Shown here one piece after another: positions 1 through 9,252 of a stretch of 32,000 nucleotides of DNA. The notes below the pieces were generated by a model, which had not been told where the DNA came from, did not search any database, and saw nothing but the letters and a program-made list of their open reading frames with translations. Position 1 is the first letter of the stretch. Each line of letters starts with the position of its first letter. The stretch is from Candidatus Saccharimonadota bacterium (GTDB lineage Archaea > Nanohalarchaeota > Nanosalinia > Nanosalinales > Nanosalinaceae), in assembly GCF_029232205.1 (NCBI RefSeq), contig NZ_CP107255.1, forward strand, positions 450,001 through 482,000, written 5' to 3'. Position numbers and translations under genes: made by a program.

Positions 1-1839
1 ATGGAGGAGAACCCAGGCCTCAGCAAGGAAATGATGGACTCTCTGCTTGCAGATGTCTACGTGGACGATAACGTAATAGCAGAAATGGAGGCAGAGGACT
101 CGCTTGAGGATAAAATGGGCAAGTTCACAGCAGGCTGGAAACACCTCTCAGATTTCTACGGAATCGAAGGCCTTGTAGGTGGCGACGCTGAAGAAATCAA
201 TCCTTTCCTGAACGGAGACGACGCATCAATGGTTGCAGGAGGCCTTGACAGCCTTGAAACAGTGCTTCCAGCTCTGAGAGAAAACATGGGTGAGGAAGAG
301 TGGACGAAGTCTGCTTTAAGGCTCTCTTCGATTGTGGAAAGAGAGCATGGGCAGATTGATGAGGCTGTGGATATGCTGGAAGAGATACATGGCGTCGGAG
401 ACTACGATCAGGAATTTCTAGATAATTCCGCTCAGGTTCTCGAAGATCTTGCTAACTCAAGATTCGAAACCAATTCCGAGCACGGCAAGTTCTACAACAC
501 ATTCATCAGATTCCATAACTGGATGCCATTGAAACTGAAGGAAGATGGCAGAGAAGGAGACCAGTACGACAGTCTCTGTGCGCCTACAGGAGATGGAATG
601 GATAAAATTAAGGATAGATCTGTTCACGCAGATCTCGATGAGATAGGAGACGCCGACAGCCCGAAAGGCCTTGCACTTTCCTGGCTTCTTGACGAGGGAA
701 TAGAGGTCGACGGAGAAACACTCGGCGACAGAGAAGAATTCCAGGACTCAGTTGATGAATGGGAACAGAGAATTAACGAAGAATTAAGCGAAGGCCGCGA
801 AGAATACGCAGAATTCACAATGGACGACCCGGCGATGTACTCCGGACTGGTAGGAGGAAAATGGAAAGGCCTCAAACTGCTTGACGACGCAAAAGAGGCT
901 CTTGACCTCGGCTATGATATAGCTGATGGAAAAGTGGTTTCCTCGGTTGGCGTTGAACAGATGCTGGAAGAAGCCGGCGTACAGGAATTAATTGAACAGG
1001 ACGTCTTTGAAATGGGAGAAGACAGAAGACAGGAGATCGTCGACAGAATCGATGATGTAGATGTCAGCGAGTACGTAGATGACGTAGAAGGCGGCACTAT
1101 TGCCCGTTCCAGTATGTACGGAGAGGATGGAGCCTCGAACTTCGCTGGAACATACGAATCGTTCCATGCAGATGGCTCTCCGGGCCAGGCAGTTAAAGAC
1201 GTAGTTAAAAGCTACTTCTCCGAGAAAGCAGTCAACGCTAGAGAAGACAAAGGCATGACGCACAACGGAGGCATCAGCGTAATCCTTCAGGACGCGATAG
1301 AACACGAAAGAGGAGGTGTAGTGCATCTTACTGATGAAAGCTATTCGATCAGCGAGGCCGAAGACGCCGAGAAAGCTGTAGAAGGAGAAGGCGAGACACA
1401 TACAGCAGAAACAGTGGAAGGCCTGGTAGAGGGCACTGCTATGGAAGGAATGGCACATGATCTTGAAGAACTCCATGAAACCTTCGGCGACATCGATCTA
1501 GAGTACGTAGCAGAAGGCGACGAAGTATACCTTACACAGATGAGGCCTAAACATAGAGCAGTGGATGGTGAAAGGCCTGACTTTGACTCAATGAGTACAG
1601 TACAGCTGGACTCTTTCGAGGATATGTACGAGGCCGAGCTTGATGGAGAAGCACCTTACGTGGTCAGAATGGACTTCCTCGGCCGCGACAATATTATGGA
1701 TAGGGAAAGAGAGATAGAAGAGTTCCTGCGTGAGAATCAGGATAAGATCGGTGGAGTAGAAGGCCACATGCCGGCACCGGCCCACATTCCGAACAATATC
1801 GAAGGCCACTTCAGAATACCTTACAGAGAGGCCTCATAG
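1..1839 (+). CDS. hypothetical, extremely acidic soluble protein (612 aa; may be 5'-truncated at the window edge)
   Basis: Long ORF open from base 1. Its D/E-rich composition matches the other credible genes. Antisense ORFs are S/T/P-rich shadows. I recognise no catalytic motif. Confidence 0.6.
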   Translation: MEENPGLSKEMMDSLLADVYVDDNVIAEMEAEDSLEDKMGKFTAGWKHLSDFYGIEGLVGGDAEEINPFLNGDDASMVAGGLDSLETVLPALRENMGEEEWTKSALRLSSIVEREHGQIDEAVDMLEEIHGVGDYDQEFLDNSAQVLEDLANSRFETNSEHGKFYNTFIRFHNWMPLKLKEDGREGDQYDSLCAPTGDGMDKIKDRSVHADLDEIGDADSPKGLALSWLLDEGIEVDGETLGDREEFQDSVDEWEQRINEELSEGREEYAEFTMDDPAMYSGLVGGKWKGLKLLDDAKEALDLGYDIADGKVVSSVGVEQMLEEAGVQELIEQDVFEMGEDRRQEIVDRIDDVDVSEYVDDVEGGTIARSSMYGEDGASNFAGTYESFHADGSPGQAVKDVVKSYFSEKAVNAREDKGMTHNGGISVILQDAIEHERGGVVHLTDESYSISEAEDAEKAVEGEGETHTAETVEGLVEGTAMEGMAHDLEELHETFGDIDLEYVAEGDEVYLTQMRPKHRAVDGERPDFDSMSTVQLDSFEDMYEAELDGEAPYVVRMDFLGRDNIMDREREIEEFLRENQDKIGGVEGHMPAPAHIPNNIEGHFRIPYREAS

Positions 1840-1848
1840 AAGGATAAT

Positions 1849-2262
1849 CTACCCTTCTGGTTTCTTTTTTACGAATTTCTCTGCGTCTTCTTCGGCGAAT
1901 TCTTTGTTTGAGTATCCGTACATCGGTGTGTCGATCTCTGAACCGAATTTTTCAGAATTAATCGTCCAGAATCCGTTGTCTTTCTTCTCCAGTGATACTT
2001 CGGCCCCGGTCTTGGAATGCTTCCAGGTATCTCCTTCACGGTTCCATTCTCCGACGTCACGCAGATCTTTGCAGTAAGAGGAATAACGACGGTTTCCGGG
2101 TTTGCATACTAGAAGTGCATCTTCCTCCTGGTATATTTCGTATTCTCCTCCTGAAGGCCCTGCAATAAGTACTCTGTCGTCCTCTACTTTTTCGACTGTG
2201 AGAGGAGTCTTTCTTTCGTTGAAAAGTATTTTCTGGCCTTCCTCAAGTTCGCTGTACTTCAT
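1849..2262 (-). CDS. hypothetical protein (137 aa, MKYSELEEGQ...)
   Basis: The track ORF 1849..2427 is trimmed to the internal ATG at 2262. The upstream part is low-complexity and overlaps the divergent promoter. A TATA-like TTTTATA (complement of 2291..2297) lies about 30 nt upstream of 2262. No recognisable domain. Confidence 0.5.
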   Translation of the reverse strand: MKYSELEEGQKILFNERKTPLTVEKVEDDRVLIAGPSGGEYEIYQEEDALLVCKPGNRRYSSYCKDLRDVGEWNREGDTWKHSKTGAEVSLEKKDNGFWTINSEKFGSEIDTPMYGYSNKEFAEEDAEKFVKKKPEG

Positions 2263-2365
2263 CTTTGTAGTATTCGAAGAGGTTCTGAGGTATAAAAGAG
2301 GTGGGAGTTTGTTGCAGACATAGATAATCCAAAGATTTATATATTTGCTATTGTTAAGTAACAAC

Positions 2366-3724
2366 ATGAGTCTTTCTTCCGAGGGTTTTGATGAGGATCC
2401 TGATTTTGGGGAGGGTCTTGACAGCATTGTAGATCAGTATGTCGAAGATGAAGGTCTTGAAGGAGTTGTTATTGAAGAAAATAGACGGTTCGGTGTCTAT
2501 CTCGGAAGAAAGAATGATTCTGTTAGGGTAGGCCTTTCTGAAGAGGCAGTTTCTACTGATAGAATTACTCCTGCAGAACAAAATTTTGTGTTAGCACATG
2601 AACTAGGTCATGATAAGCTTGAATCTAATCACGGTAATACAGAATATAGTAAAGAACATGGGTTGATGGCGAGACTTGAAGAGGGAGCAACTTCTCTACC
2701 TCATATTACACTTTCTGAAACTGTTGCAGAGCTTTCAGCTCTTGAAATGACTGATATGGAGGATGTGCCGGAATTTCTTAACAGAAGTCCTTTCAGAGAG
2801 GAGCATGAGGGTAGCTTCTCGGACTACGATAGGCTGAGTGAGAAACAGCGCGTTGCAAGACAATTAAGGCCTCAGCTGGAAGATCTAAAACAGGCTAGTC
2901 TTGATGAGCCGCATGAAATACTTGATGCTTATGATGAGTCAAGTCTTTCTGAAGGATATCAGTCTAATTTGAATTTTTCTCACTCTTTGAAATCTGACTT
3001 GGACAAGTTTGATTCTCATGTTATGGATGAGGTAGGGCCTGCTAAGGTTCATTATAATCATGGGGAGGATAGACAGTTCCTTTTCTGGACGGACTTTCTT
3101 CAGCAGCTACAGAGGGTTAAGACTGAGGGTATCGATCAGACGAACTTCCTGACTCATTACTGGGCTGATAAGGCGACTTCGTCGGTACCAGGCCCTAGAG
3201 AAGAGCCGCAATTCGAGGTTATTGATTCCTACATTCCCGTTGATAGTGAGGAGTTTGCTGATAAAACTCTGGAGCTTCATACGGATGAGGATATCAGAGA
3301 TTCGTTTACTGATGTTTATCGGGTTATTGATAGTAACTCTGATGATATCTTCAGAGATCTTGAAGAGTTTGTATTTCAGAAGGCTACTGGCGAGATGGAG
3401 GAGTTTGTTGATCGCTATGGTTTTGAACAGGATCTTAATGACGAATCATATCCTGAGATAATTTCTGATCTTGAAAATGGTTCTTACGATGTTGGGGGCG
3501 TGGATTATCCTCACACTGTTGGCTGTACTATGGGTAAAGTGCTTTACGATAATGACGTCGAGGCTGATGACGTGGTCTCGGATATGGGTACTTACAGAGA
3601 TATAGCAGTGCGGGCTATAGAGCTAGCTGCTGAAAAAGGAATAGAGATGGATAAAGGAGTGTCGAATCCTACTCACGAGGATTACATCCGGGAAGTTGAC
3701 AGAATGGTAAATGCCGCTACATGA
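2366..3724 (+). CDS. ImmA/IrrE-like (M78-type) HExxH metallopeptidase domain protein with a long acidic C-terminal region
   Basis: The motif NFVLAHELGHDKL matches the xFxLAHELGH signature of ImmA/IrrE zinc peptidases. It is preceded by a short beta-rich segment (RVGLSEEAV). ATG at 2366 has TTTATATATT (2336..2345) about 26 nt upstream. The remaining ~350 aa are unrecognised. Confidence 0.5.
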   Translation: MSLSSEGFDEDPDFGEGLDSIVDQYVEDEGLEGVVIEENRRFGVYLGRKNDSVRVGLSEEAVSTDRITPAEQNFVLAHELGHDKLESNHGNTEYSKEHGLMARLEEGATSLPHITLSETVAELSALEMTDMEDVPEFLNRSPFREEHEGSFSDYDRLSEKQRVARQLRPQLEDLKQASLDEPHEILDAYDESSLSEGYQSNLNFSHSLKSDLDKFDSHVMDEVGPAKVHYNHGEDRQFLFWTDFLQQLQRVKTEGIDQTNFLTHYWADKATSSVPGPREEPQFEVIDSYIPVDSEEFADKTLELHTDEDIRDSFTDVYRVIDSNSDDIFRDLEEFVFQKATGEMEEFVDRYGFEQDLNDESYPEIISDLENGSYDVGGVDYPHTVGCTMGKVLYDNDVEADDVVSDMGTYRDIAVRAIELAAEKGIEMDKGVSNPTHEDYIREVDRMVNAAT

Positions 3725-3736
3725 TTGCTTCTGATT

Positions 3737-5695
3737 TCATATCTCCTTACTTTTCATCAACTGGGCGTTGAAGGCCACAATCACTGTGCTTAGCGACATA
3801 ATCAATGCACCAACCGCTGGCTGAAGTGTCAATCCAATCGGTGCTGCAACTCCGGCCGCAAGCGGAATTGCAAACGCGTTGTATCCAGTGGCCCAGAAAA
3901 GATTCTGCACCATCTTTGAGTAGGTTACTTCGCTGATATTCATGATCTTCACGATTCCCATCGGGCTGTCGTTCACCAGTACGATGTCAGCTGATTCAAC
4001 AGCTACATCTGTGCCACTACCAATCGCGACACCGATATCCGCTCTTGTCAGGGCTACAGCGTCGTTTACCCCGTCGCCTACCATCATCACTTCTCCATTT
4101 TCCTGTAGTTCACGGACCTCCTCATCTTTCTCATCCGGAAGCACCTCCGCAAACCAGTTATCGATTCCAAGTTCTTCGGCAACGGCAGAGGCCACATCCT
4201 CAGAGTCTCCAGTAATCATAGCTACCTCAACTCCTCTATCATGAAGCTTTTCGATGGCCTCATAGCTTTCCTCCCTGATATGATCTCCTAGAGATACAGC
4301 GCCGAGAACCTCGTCCCTAATCAGATAAACAACTGTGCGGCCTTTACTTCCTTCTTCCTCCGCAAATTCCTCGAAGCTGTTCTCCATATCGAGTTCTTCA
4401 AGCATTTTAGGCCCTCCGGCATAGAAAGCCTCTCCATCTATCTCGGCCCTGACACCTTTCCCTTTGATGGCTTCAAAATCATCTGTCTCCTGCAGTTCAA
4501 GGCCTCTTCTCTCTGCTTCTTCGACAATGGCCTGTCCTATGATGTGTTCGGAGTTTTTCTCGATTGAGGCCAGTTTTGCAAAGTCTTCATCGCTGATCTC
4601 TGTTCTCTCCACTTTCTGCTCTCCCTCGGTAAGTGTGCCGGTTTTATCCAGTGCCACAGTATCAATTTCTCTGGCCTGTTCGATGGCTGTTCTCTGCCTG
4701 ACAACTACTCCATTGCTGGCGCTCATAGCAGTACTTATCGATACTACAAGCGGTATTGCCAGGCCTAGTGCGTGAGGACATGCGATGACAAGTACGGTGA
4801 CTACTCTCTCCAGCGTAGTGATTCCGAGGCCTGTAGCTATAGTCCATGCGATGCCTGTGATGAATGCGGATCCCAGTGCGATGTAGAAAAGCCATCCAGC
4901 GGCCTTATCCGCAAGTAACTGTGTCTCCGTCTTATCTTCCTGGGCCTCGTCAACAAGTTTCATGATGCCGGAGAGAGCTGTATCATCTCCTGTTGCCGTA
5001 ATTTTTACTCGTAAAGCTCCTTCCTTGTTGACTGTGCCTCCGATGACTTCGTCTCCTTCTGACTTGCTTACTGGATCTGATTCTCCAGTAATCATTGATT
5101 CATCGACGGAGGAATCTCCTTCAACTACTTCTCCATCCGCAGGAATTGAGCTACCGGGCCTAACGAGAACTATGTCGCCTTCTTCCAGCTCAGTGACTTC
5201 TACTTCCTCTGTTTCATCTCCATCAACTACCTTTTCTGCTGTGTTCGGTACAAGCTCTTTCAGTTCGTCAAGTGCGGAGGAGGCCTGACGCACAGACCTC
5301 ATTTCTATCCAGTGGCCCAGCAACATGATGTCGATCAGTGTTACTAGTTCCCAGAAGAAGCTGGATGTAGTATTCAGGAAAAGCGATGCCATGCTGTATG
5401 TGAAGGCCACTATAATTGCCAGTGAGATCAAGGCCATCATTCCTGGCTTTCTATCTTCCAGTTCTTCTTTACCCATTTTTAGGAATGGCAGGCCTCCATA
5501 TGCGAAAATTATTACTGAGAAAACTGGCACTATCAGGTTGCTGCCGGTAAAGGCCGGCATTGAAAAGTTGAAAATACTCTGTATGAATGAAGAGTAGAGT
5601 AAAACGGGTATGGACAGTGCTGTGGAGATGAAGAACTTCTCCTTGAACATCATTTCGTGGTGCTTGTGGCTGTGGCCTTCGTTTTCGTCGTTCAC
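3737..5695 (-). CDS. copB: P1B-type heavy-metal (copper) translocating ATPase, CopB-like
   Basis: DKTGTLT phosphorylation motif, GDGVNDA hinge and TGES actuator motif (ITGESDP) are present. The membrane motif is CPH ([10 protein letters not shown]) and the N-terminus is His-rich (EGHSHKHHE). CPH plus a His-rich tail is typical of CopB/P1B-3. The start is GTG. Confidence 0.9.
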   Translation of the reverse strand: MNDENEGHSHKHHEMMFKEKFFISTALSIPVLLYSSFIQSIFNFSMPAFTGSNLIVPVFSVIIFAYGGLPFLKMGKEELEDRKPGMMALISLAIIVAFTYSMASLFLNTTSSFFWELVTLIDIMLLGHWIEMRSVRQASSALDELKELVPNTAEKVVDGDETEEVEVTELEEGDIVLVRPGSSIPADGEVVEGDSSVDESMITGESDPVSKSEGDEVIGGTVNKEGALRVKITATGDDTALSGIMKLVDEAQEDKTETQLLADKAAGWLFYIALGSAFITGIAWTIATGLGITTLERVVTVLVIACPHALGLAIPLVVSISTAMSASNGVVVRQRTAIEQAREIDTVALDKTGTLTEGEQKVERTEISDEDFAKLASIEKNSEHIIGQAIVEEAERRGLELQETDDFEAIKGKGVRAEIDGEAFYAGGPKMLEELDMENSFEEFAEEEGSKGRTVVYLIRDEVLGAVSLGDHIREESYEAIEKLHDRGVEVAMITGDSEDVASAVAEELGIDNWFAEVLPDEKDEEVRELQENGEVMMVGDGVNDAVALTRADIGVAIGSGTDVAVESADIVLVNDSPMGIVKIMNISEVTYSKMVQNLFWATGYNAFAIPLAAGVAAPIGLTLQPAVGALIMSLSTVIVAFNAQLMKSKEI

Positions 5696-5719
5696 GTTTG
5701 AACTTACACTCTTCCAGAA

Positions 5720-5727
5720 TTATAAAT
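5720..5727. promoter_or_regulatory. central TATA element (TTATAAAT) shared by divergent copB and the PadR/TRASH regulator
   Basis: This is the only strong AT-rich element in the 53-nt spacer. Its centre is about 25 nt from ATG 5749 and about 29 nt from GTG 5695. Confidence 0.5.
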
Positions 5728-5748
5728 GTGTCAACATATGATATAGTT

Positions 5749-6144
5749 ATGTCGGAGATAAATCTCTCGAATGTTAACAGGCTTCTTACTGTTTTGCTTT
5801 TGAAAACCAAAGAACGGCATGGATATGAGATTATGGATAGGATTGAAGGTGTTACTGGGAAAAGGCCTTCTTCATCGCATATTTATCCGTTTTTGTCAAC
5901 TCTTGTAGAAAATAGTCTTGTTGATGAAAGGAAGGATGGCCGCAAGAAAGTCTATTCTTTGACTGAGGAAGGAGAGCGGTTTGCTGATGAAAAAGTTGAT
6001 TCTTTCGGTCAGATTATTGAGGCCTCAGTGCTTCAGAAGGTCTCGGAGTGTGAGAGCTGTGGATGTGAGATTTACTCTGGGGGTTATGAGGAAGAAGGCA
6101 AACTTTACTGCTGTAGTCATTGTGCTACTGCAAATAATTCATAA
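5749..6144 (+). CDS. PadR-family winged-helix regulator fused to a C-terminal Cys-rich TRASH/YHS-like metal-binding domain
   Basis: PadR signature: ERHGYEIMDRI...SSSHIYPFLSTLVENSLV...RKKVYSLTEEG. C-terminus: CESCGCEIYSGGYEEEGKLYCCSHCA (CxxC...CxxxC, with a YHS-like GKLYCCSHC). The track ORF is trimmed to ATG 5749. It is divergent from copB. Confidence 0.65.
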   Translation: MSEINLSNVNRLLTVLLLKTKERHGYEIMDRIEGVTGKRPSSSHIYPFLSTLVENSLVDERKDGRKKVYSLTEEGERFADEKVDSFGQIIEASVLQKVSECESCGCEIYSGGYEEEGKLYCCSHCATANNS

Positions 6145-6166
6145 ATTTAGCTACCTAATTCCTATT

Positions 6167-6703
6167 ATGTCAGAGGAAACAGCAAGCTTTGCGCTCGGAT
6201 GTTTCTGGGATTCTGATGCTCTTTTTGGAGGCCTTAACGGCGTTATCAGAACCCGTGTAGGATACTCTGGAGGGGAAAAGGAAAACCCTAACTGTCAGGA
6301 AATAGGAGATCATGTGGAAACAGTACAGATAGACTACGATCCTGATGAGATCACTTACAGGGAGCTTCTTGAGAAATTCTGGGAATGGCATAACTACGCA
6401 GAACAAAGTAAGGAGCAGTATGAATCTGTTATTTTCTACCACAACGAGAAACAGAAACAGAAAGCAGAGGAATCAAGGCCTGAAAACGCTGTAACAGAGA
6501 TAAGGCCTATGAAGAAATTCTGGATGGCGGAAGACTACCACCAGAAATACAGGCTTAGAGGTTCCGATAAAATAGAGGAATACAGGGAGATGGATCCAGA
6601 AGATTTCAGAGAATCTCCTGAGGTTGCAGAGGCCAACGCCGAAGCATACAGTAAGATGGATTATAGTTCGGTAGGTTCCGAACAATCAGCCTCCATTATT
6701 TAA
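6167..6703 (+). CDS. msrA: peptide-methionine (S)-S-oxide reductase MsrA
   Basis: N-terminal FALGCFWDSDALFGGLNGVIRTRVGYSGG carries the catalytic GCFW motif. YHQKY is present near the C-terminus. The track ORF 5981.. is trimmed to ATG 6167, 23 nt after the regulator's stop. Confidence 0.9.
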   Translation: MSEETASFALGCFWDSDALFGGLNGVIRTRVGYSGGEKENPNCQEIGDHVETVQIDYDPDEITYRELLEKFWEWHNYAEQSKEQYESVIFYHNEKQKQKAEESRPENAVTEIRPMKKFWMAEDYHQKYRLRGSDKIEEYREMDPEDFRESPEVAEANAEAYSKMDYSSVGSEQSASII

Positions 6704-6726
6704 CCGGTAAAGCACACCTCTAAACT

Positions 6727-8577
6727 ATGAGAACAGAATATCTCGCAATCGCAGGCCTTACACTATTGCTAGCAGCAGGAATAGTTTTCAACCCATTAAA
6801 CAACTCTGAAACTAACTCTCAAAGCTTCAATACTTTTGACTCACAGCAACAGTTTGCAGAATACGTAAATTCCAACGGCGGTACTTCAGGATTCCAGGAG
6901 TACACATCTAACCCAAGAGCATCTCTTGACACAACCACTTCTGAAGGCGCATCAGGCGACAGCTCAACTACGAGAACAGCCTCAACCAACAACCAGGTTG
7001 CAGGAGTACAGGAACCGGATATACTGAAAAACAACGGCGAAAAAATCTTCTACTCGAAAGAAAGCTACTGGAACTCTAATTCAACAGTATTCAACGCAAG
7101 GCCTCCAGAAAACTTCTCAGCGGAAAGAAATATCTCTGCAAGTGGAAGAATGGTTCTTTCAGACAACACATTGATCTATCTCAACAGCCAGAACATCACA
7201 GCATACAACACGGAAAACTATGAACAGGAATGGAATCACGGCCTCAACAACTCATGGATAGAAGCCGCAAGAATGCATAACGACACACTATACGTCGTCC
7301 TGCGAAAAGGATTGACAGATTCGTGCCCTGTAAGGCCTCTAGCATCCACAAGAATAGCGGTGCCATGCAGCAGTATCTACTATCCAGGCCCTTCAGGAGA
7401 GGTAGATTCAACCTACGTCCTGATGAAGATCGACAGCGAAGGAGAGGTACAGGAGAAAAAGGCCTTCCTCGGATCTCCATCCAACACAGAAGTCTACATG
7501 TCTCAGAAAAATATCTACCTGACCTACTCGGAGACAGCTGACGACACACAGGTAACAATCAACTTCCTGAAGGATGAAGGCCTTCAAATGCTTGATCAGG
7601 AGACACGAGATCACTTGGAGAAAGTCTTCGAATATGATCTATCTCAACAGGCCCTTGAAGCTGAAATTCAGTCAACTCTGAGAGATTACCGTTCCTCACT
7701 TTCCAAAGAGGAGAGAAAACAGTTTGAGAAAGATTTTGACAACGCTTTCGGAAACTACACAGATGAGAGAAAGAGAAAACTTGTCAACACATCCATCGCA
7801 AAGTTCGGCCTTGAAAATCTTGAGCTTGAAGCCGAGGGAACTGTTCCTGGCGAGGTAAACAACCAGTTCTCAATGGATGAGAAAGACGACGAGTTCAGAA
7901 TAGTAACTACTGTTGGAAACTCTTGGAGGTTTGACGCAAAGTCAGAGAACGATCTTTACGTGCTTGACAAAGAGCTAGAGATTGAATCCTCTCTACAGGG
8001 TATGGGCCTCGAACAGAGAGTCTACTCGGCAAGATTTATCGATGACAAGGCCTACGTGGTTACATTCAGAAGAGTTGATCCTTTCCACGTGATTGATCTT
8101 TCAGGTGATGAACCGAAACTTGAAGGAAAGCTCAAGCTACAGGGATACTCCTCCTACCTGCATCCAATCAGCGAGGACAGAATTCTGGGAGTCGGAATGG
8201 TCAACAGATCTGTAAAGCTTACAGTATTCAACGTTGAGGACGGCACACCTACAATCTCATCAGAGAAAACACTGAACGAGAGCTACTCGGAGGCCCTCAA
8301 CAACCATCACGCGTTCCTCATCGACAGAAGACACAAGGCCTTCTTCATCCCGGCATCCAACGGAGGCCATATCTACTCCTACGAAAACGGTATCGAGGAG
8401 ATCAAAAAAGTTGACATAGAGAACCCTAGAAGAGCAACCTACATTGGAGACACGATGTACATCTTCTCCGATGAAAAAGCTGTAGCAATCAACGAAACCA
8501 ACTGGGAAACAGTCAGGGAAGTAAAGTTTGGCTCGGAGCAGAGAAGAGTCTACCTTCCTGAACCAGTACTCAGGTAA
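6727..8577 (+). CDS. secreted/membrane-anchored beta-propeller domain protein
   Basis: An N-terminal hydrophobic anchor (YLAIAGLTLLLAAGIVF) is followed by an S/T/N-rich linker. The block YSARFIDDKAYVVTFRRVDPFHVIDLSGDEPKLEGKLKLQGYSSYLHP resembles the conserved core of the secreted 'Beta_propel' family as I recall it. Confidence 0.65.
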   Translation: MRTEYLAIAGLTLLLAAGIVFNPLNNSETNSQSFNTFDSQQQFAEYVNSNGGTSGFQEYTSNPRASLDTTTSEGASGDSSTTRTASTNNQVAGVQEPDILKNNGEKIFYSKESYWNSNSTVFNARPPENFSAERNISASGRMVLSDNTLIYLNSQNITAYNTENYEQEWNHGLNNSWIEAARMHNDTLYVVLRKGLTDSCPVRPLASTRIAVPCSSIYYPGPSGEVDSTYVLMKIDSEGEVQEKKAFLGSPSNTEVYMSQKNIYLTYSETADDTQVTINFLKDEGLQMLDQETRDHLEKVFEYDLSQQALEAEIQSTLRDYRSSLSKEERKQFEKDFDNAFGNYTDERKRKLVNTSIAKFGLENLELEAEGTVPGEVNNQFSMDEKDDEFRIVTTVGNSWRFDAKSENDLYVLDKELEIESSLQGMGLEQRVYSARFIDDKAYVVTFRRVDPFHVIDLSGDEPKLEGKLKLQGYSSYLHPISEDRILGVGMVNRSVKLTVFNVEDGTPTISSEKTLNESYSEALNNHHAFLIDRRHKAFFIPASNGGHIYSYENGIEEIKKVDIENPRRATYIGDTMYIFSDEKAVAINETNWETVREVKFGSEQRRVYLPEPVLR

Positions 8578-9196
8578 GCTCCTCAGGATCAAACCTGTCA
8601 AAAAGCTCCTGAAGGTATATCTCGGCCACACGAGTATTGTTCTCGCGGTCGAAGGCCTTCAGTTTTTTCTCCTTCATTTTTCCTTTCTCAACTACATCCA
8701 GAATATTCTCTTTCTCAGGCCTTGGAACATAATCCACAAGCTGCAGATGCTGTAAATCTTCCTCACTTAACTCTCCGTCTCTGAAAAGTTCAATGCACTT
8801 CTCCTGATAATTCTTTCCAGGTACTTCGTCGTCATCGCTTTCAGCATAGTATTTGACTGCGTCATCAGGATATCCAAGGAATTTTCCTACAGCTTCATCT
8901 GTACAGGTATAGAACTTTCCATGGCTGTCCTCAAGGATCTCAAACCTTTCCTTATCATCTGTAATAAACGCTCCGGGATCAAAGAGATCGTTTCTCTCGC
9001 CCATAAAACGTACTGAAAGATTGAAGTCCTCGCAGAAGTTTTTGACAACATCTTCATCCTCCTTCTGCACGCTCATCAGCAGAACTCCTGATCTATCGCC
9101 TGCTACCAGTGAGAGAAGGGCTCTGCACTCATCGCTTGGAAATATTTCAGGTAAAATCTGCAGAAAGTATTTTTCCAGGTCCGAGTTATCAACCAT
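8570..9196 (-). CDS. hypothetical acidic protein (~208 aa)
   Basis: Clean ORF with acidic composition. The track start is TTG 9217. I prefer ATG 9196 because the TATA-like element 9222..9230 is then about 30 nt upstream. The 3' end overlaps the convergent gene by 8 nt. Confidence 0.55.
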   Translation of the reverse strand: MVDNSDLEKYFLQILPEIFPSDECRALLSLVAGDRSGVLLMSVQKEDEDVVKNFCEDFNLSVRFMGERNDLFDPGAFITDDKERFEILEDSHGKFYTCTDEAVGKFLGYPDDAVKYYAESDDDEVPGKNYQEKCIELFRDGELSEEDLQHLQLVDYVPRPEKENILDVVEKGKMKEKKLKAFDRENNTRVAEIYLQELFDRFDPEELT

Positions 9197-9221
9197 TAAT
9201 TCAGTATTAATCGCCAAACGG

Positions 9222-9230
9222 TTTAATATT
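9222..9230. promoter_or_regulatory. central TATA-like element (TTTAATATT) between divergent genes
   Basis: Its centre is about 27 nt from ATG 9253 and about 30 nt from ATG 9196. The spacer is 56 nt. Confidence 0.4.
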
Positions 9231-9252
9231 CAGCGACAGCCAAAGAATCGAT

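Noticed and set aside
624-1809. Antisense ORFs inside the 612-aa acidic ORF (624..875, 912..1097, 988..1476, 1588..1809)
   Set aside because: These are Ser/Cys/Phe-rich shadow frames with no motifs. The sense frame is much longer and has the proteome-typical acidic composition.
1838-1858. A 6-bp stem hairpin (AGAAGG ... CCTTCT) between the convergent genes at 1839/1849, as a possible terminator
   Set aside because: The stem is short with a 9-nt loop and overlaps both stop codons. This is too weak to call without 3'-end data.
2883-4497. Long AGGCCT-free stretches (about 2883..4497, 13139..14760, 26167..27846, each ~1.6 kb) as possible recently acquired DNA
   Set aside because: With about 95 sites, a Poisson spacing model predicts about 0.8 gaps of this size. 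Seeing three is only borderline (P about 0.05 by hand). The genes inside (copB, Ham1, the ABC ATPase) otherwise look native in composition. A proper compositional test is needed.
3942-5288. Several 77-108-aa ORFs antisense to, or out of frame with, the copB gene (for example 3942..4244, 4464..4775, 4962..5288)
   Set aside because: Their S/T/P/A-rich low-complexity translations are the typical shadow of a GAx/GTx-rich acidic gene on the opposite strand. copB has a complete motif set across the same DNA.
5981-6166. The long N-terminal extension of the msrA ORF (track start 5981), overlapping the regulator gene in another frame
   Set aside because: The MsrA homology begins at MSEETASFALGCFW (ATG 6167). 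The extension is basic and hydrophobic junk that overlaps a well-supported CDS.
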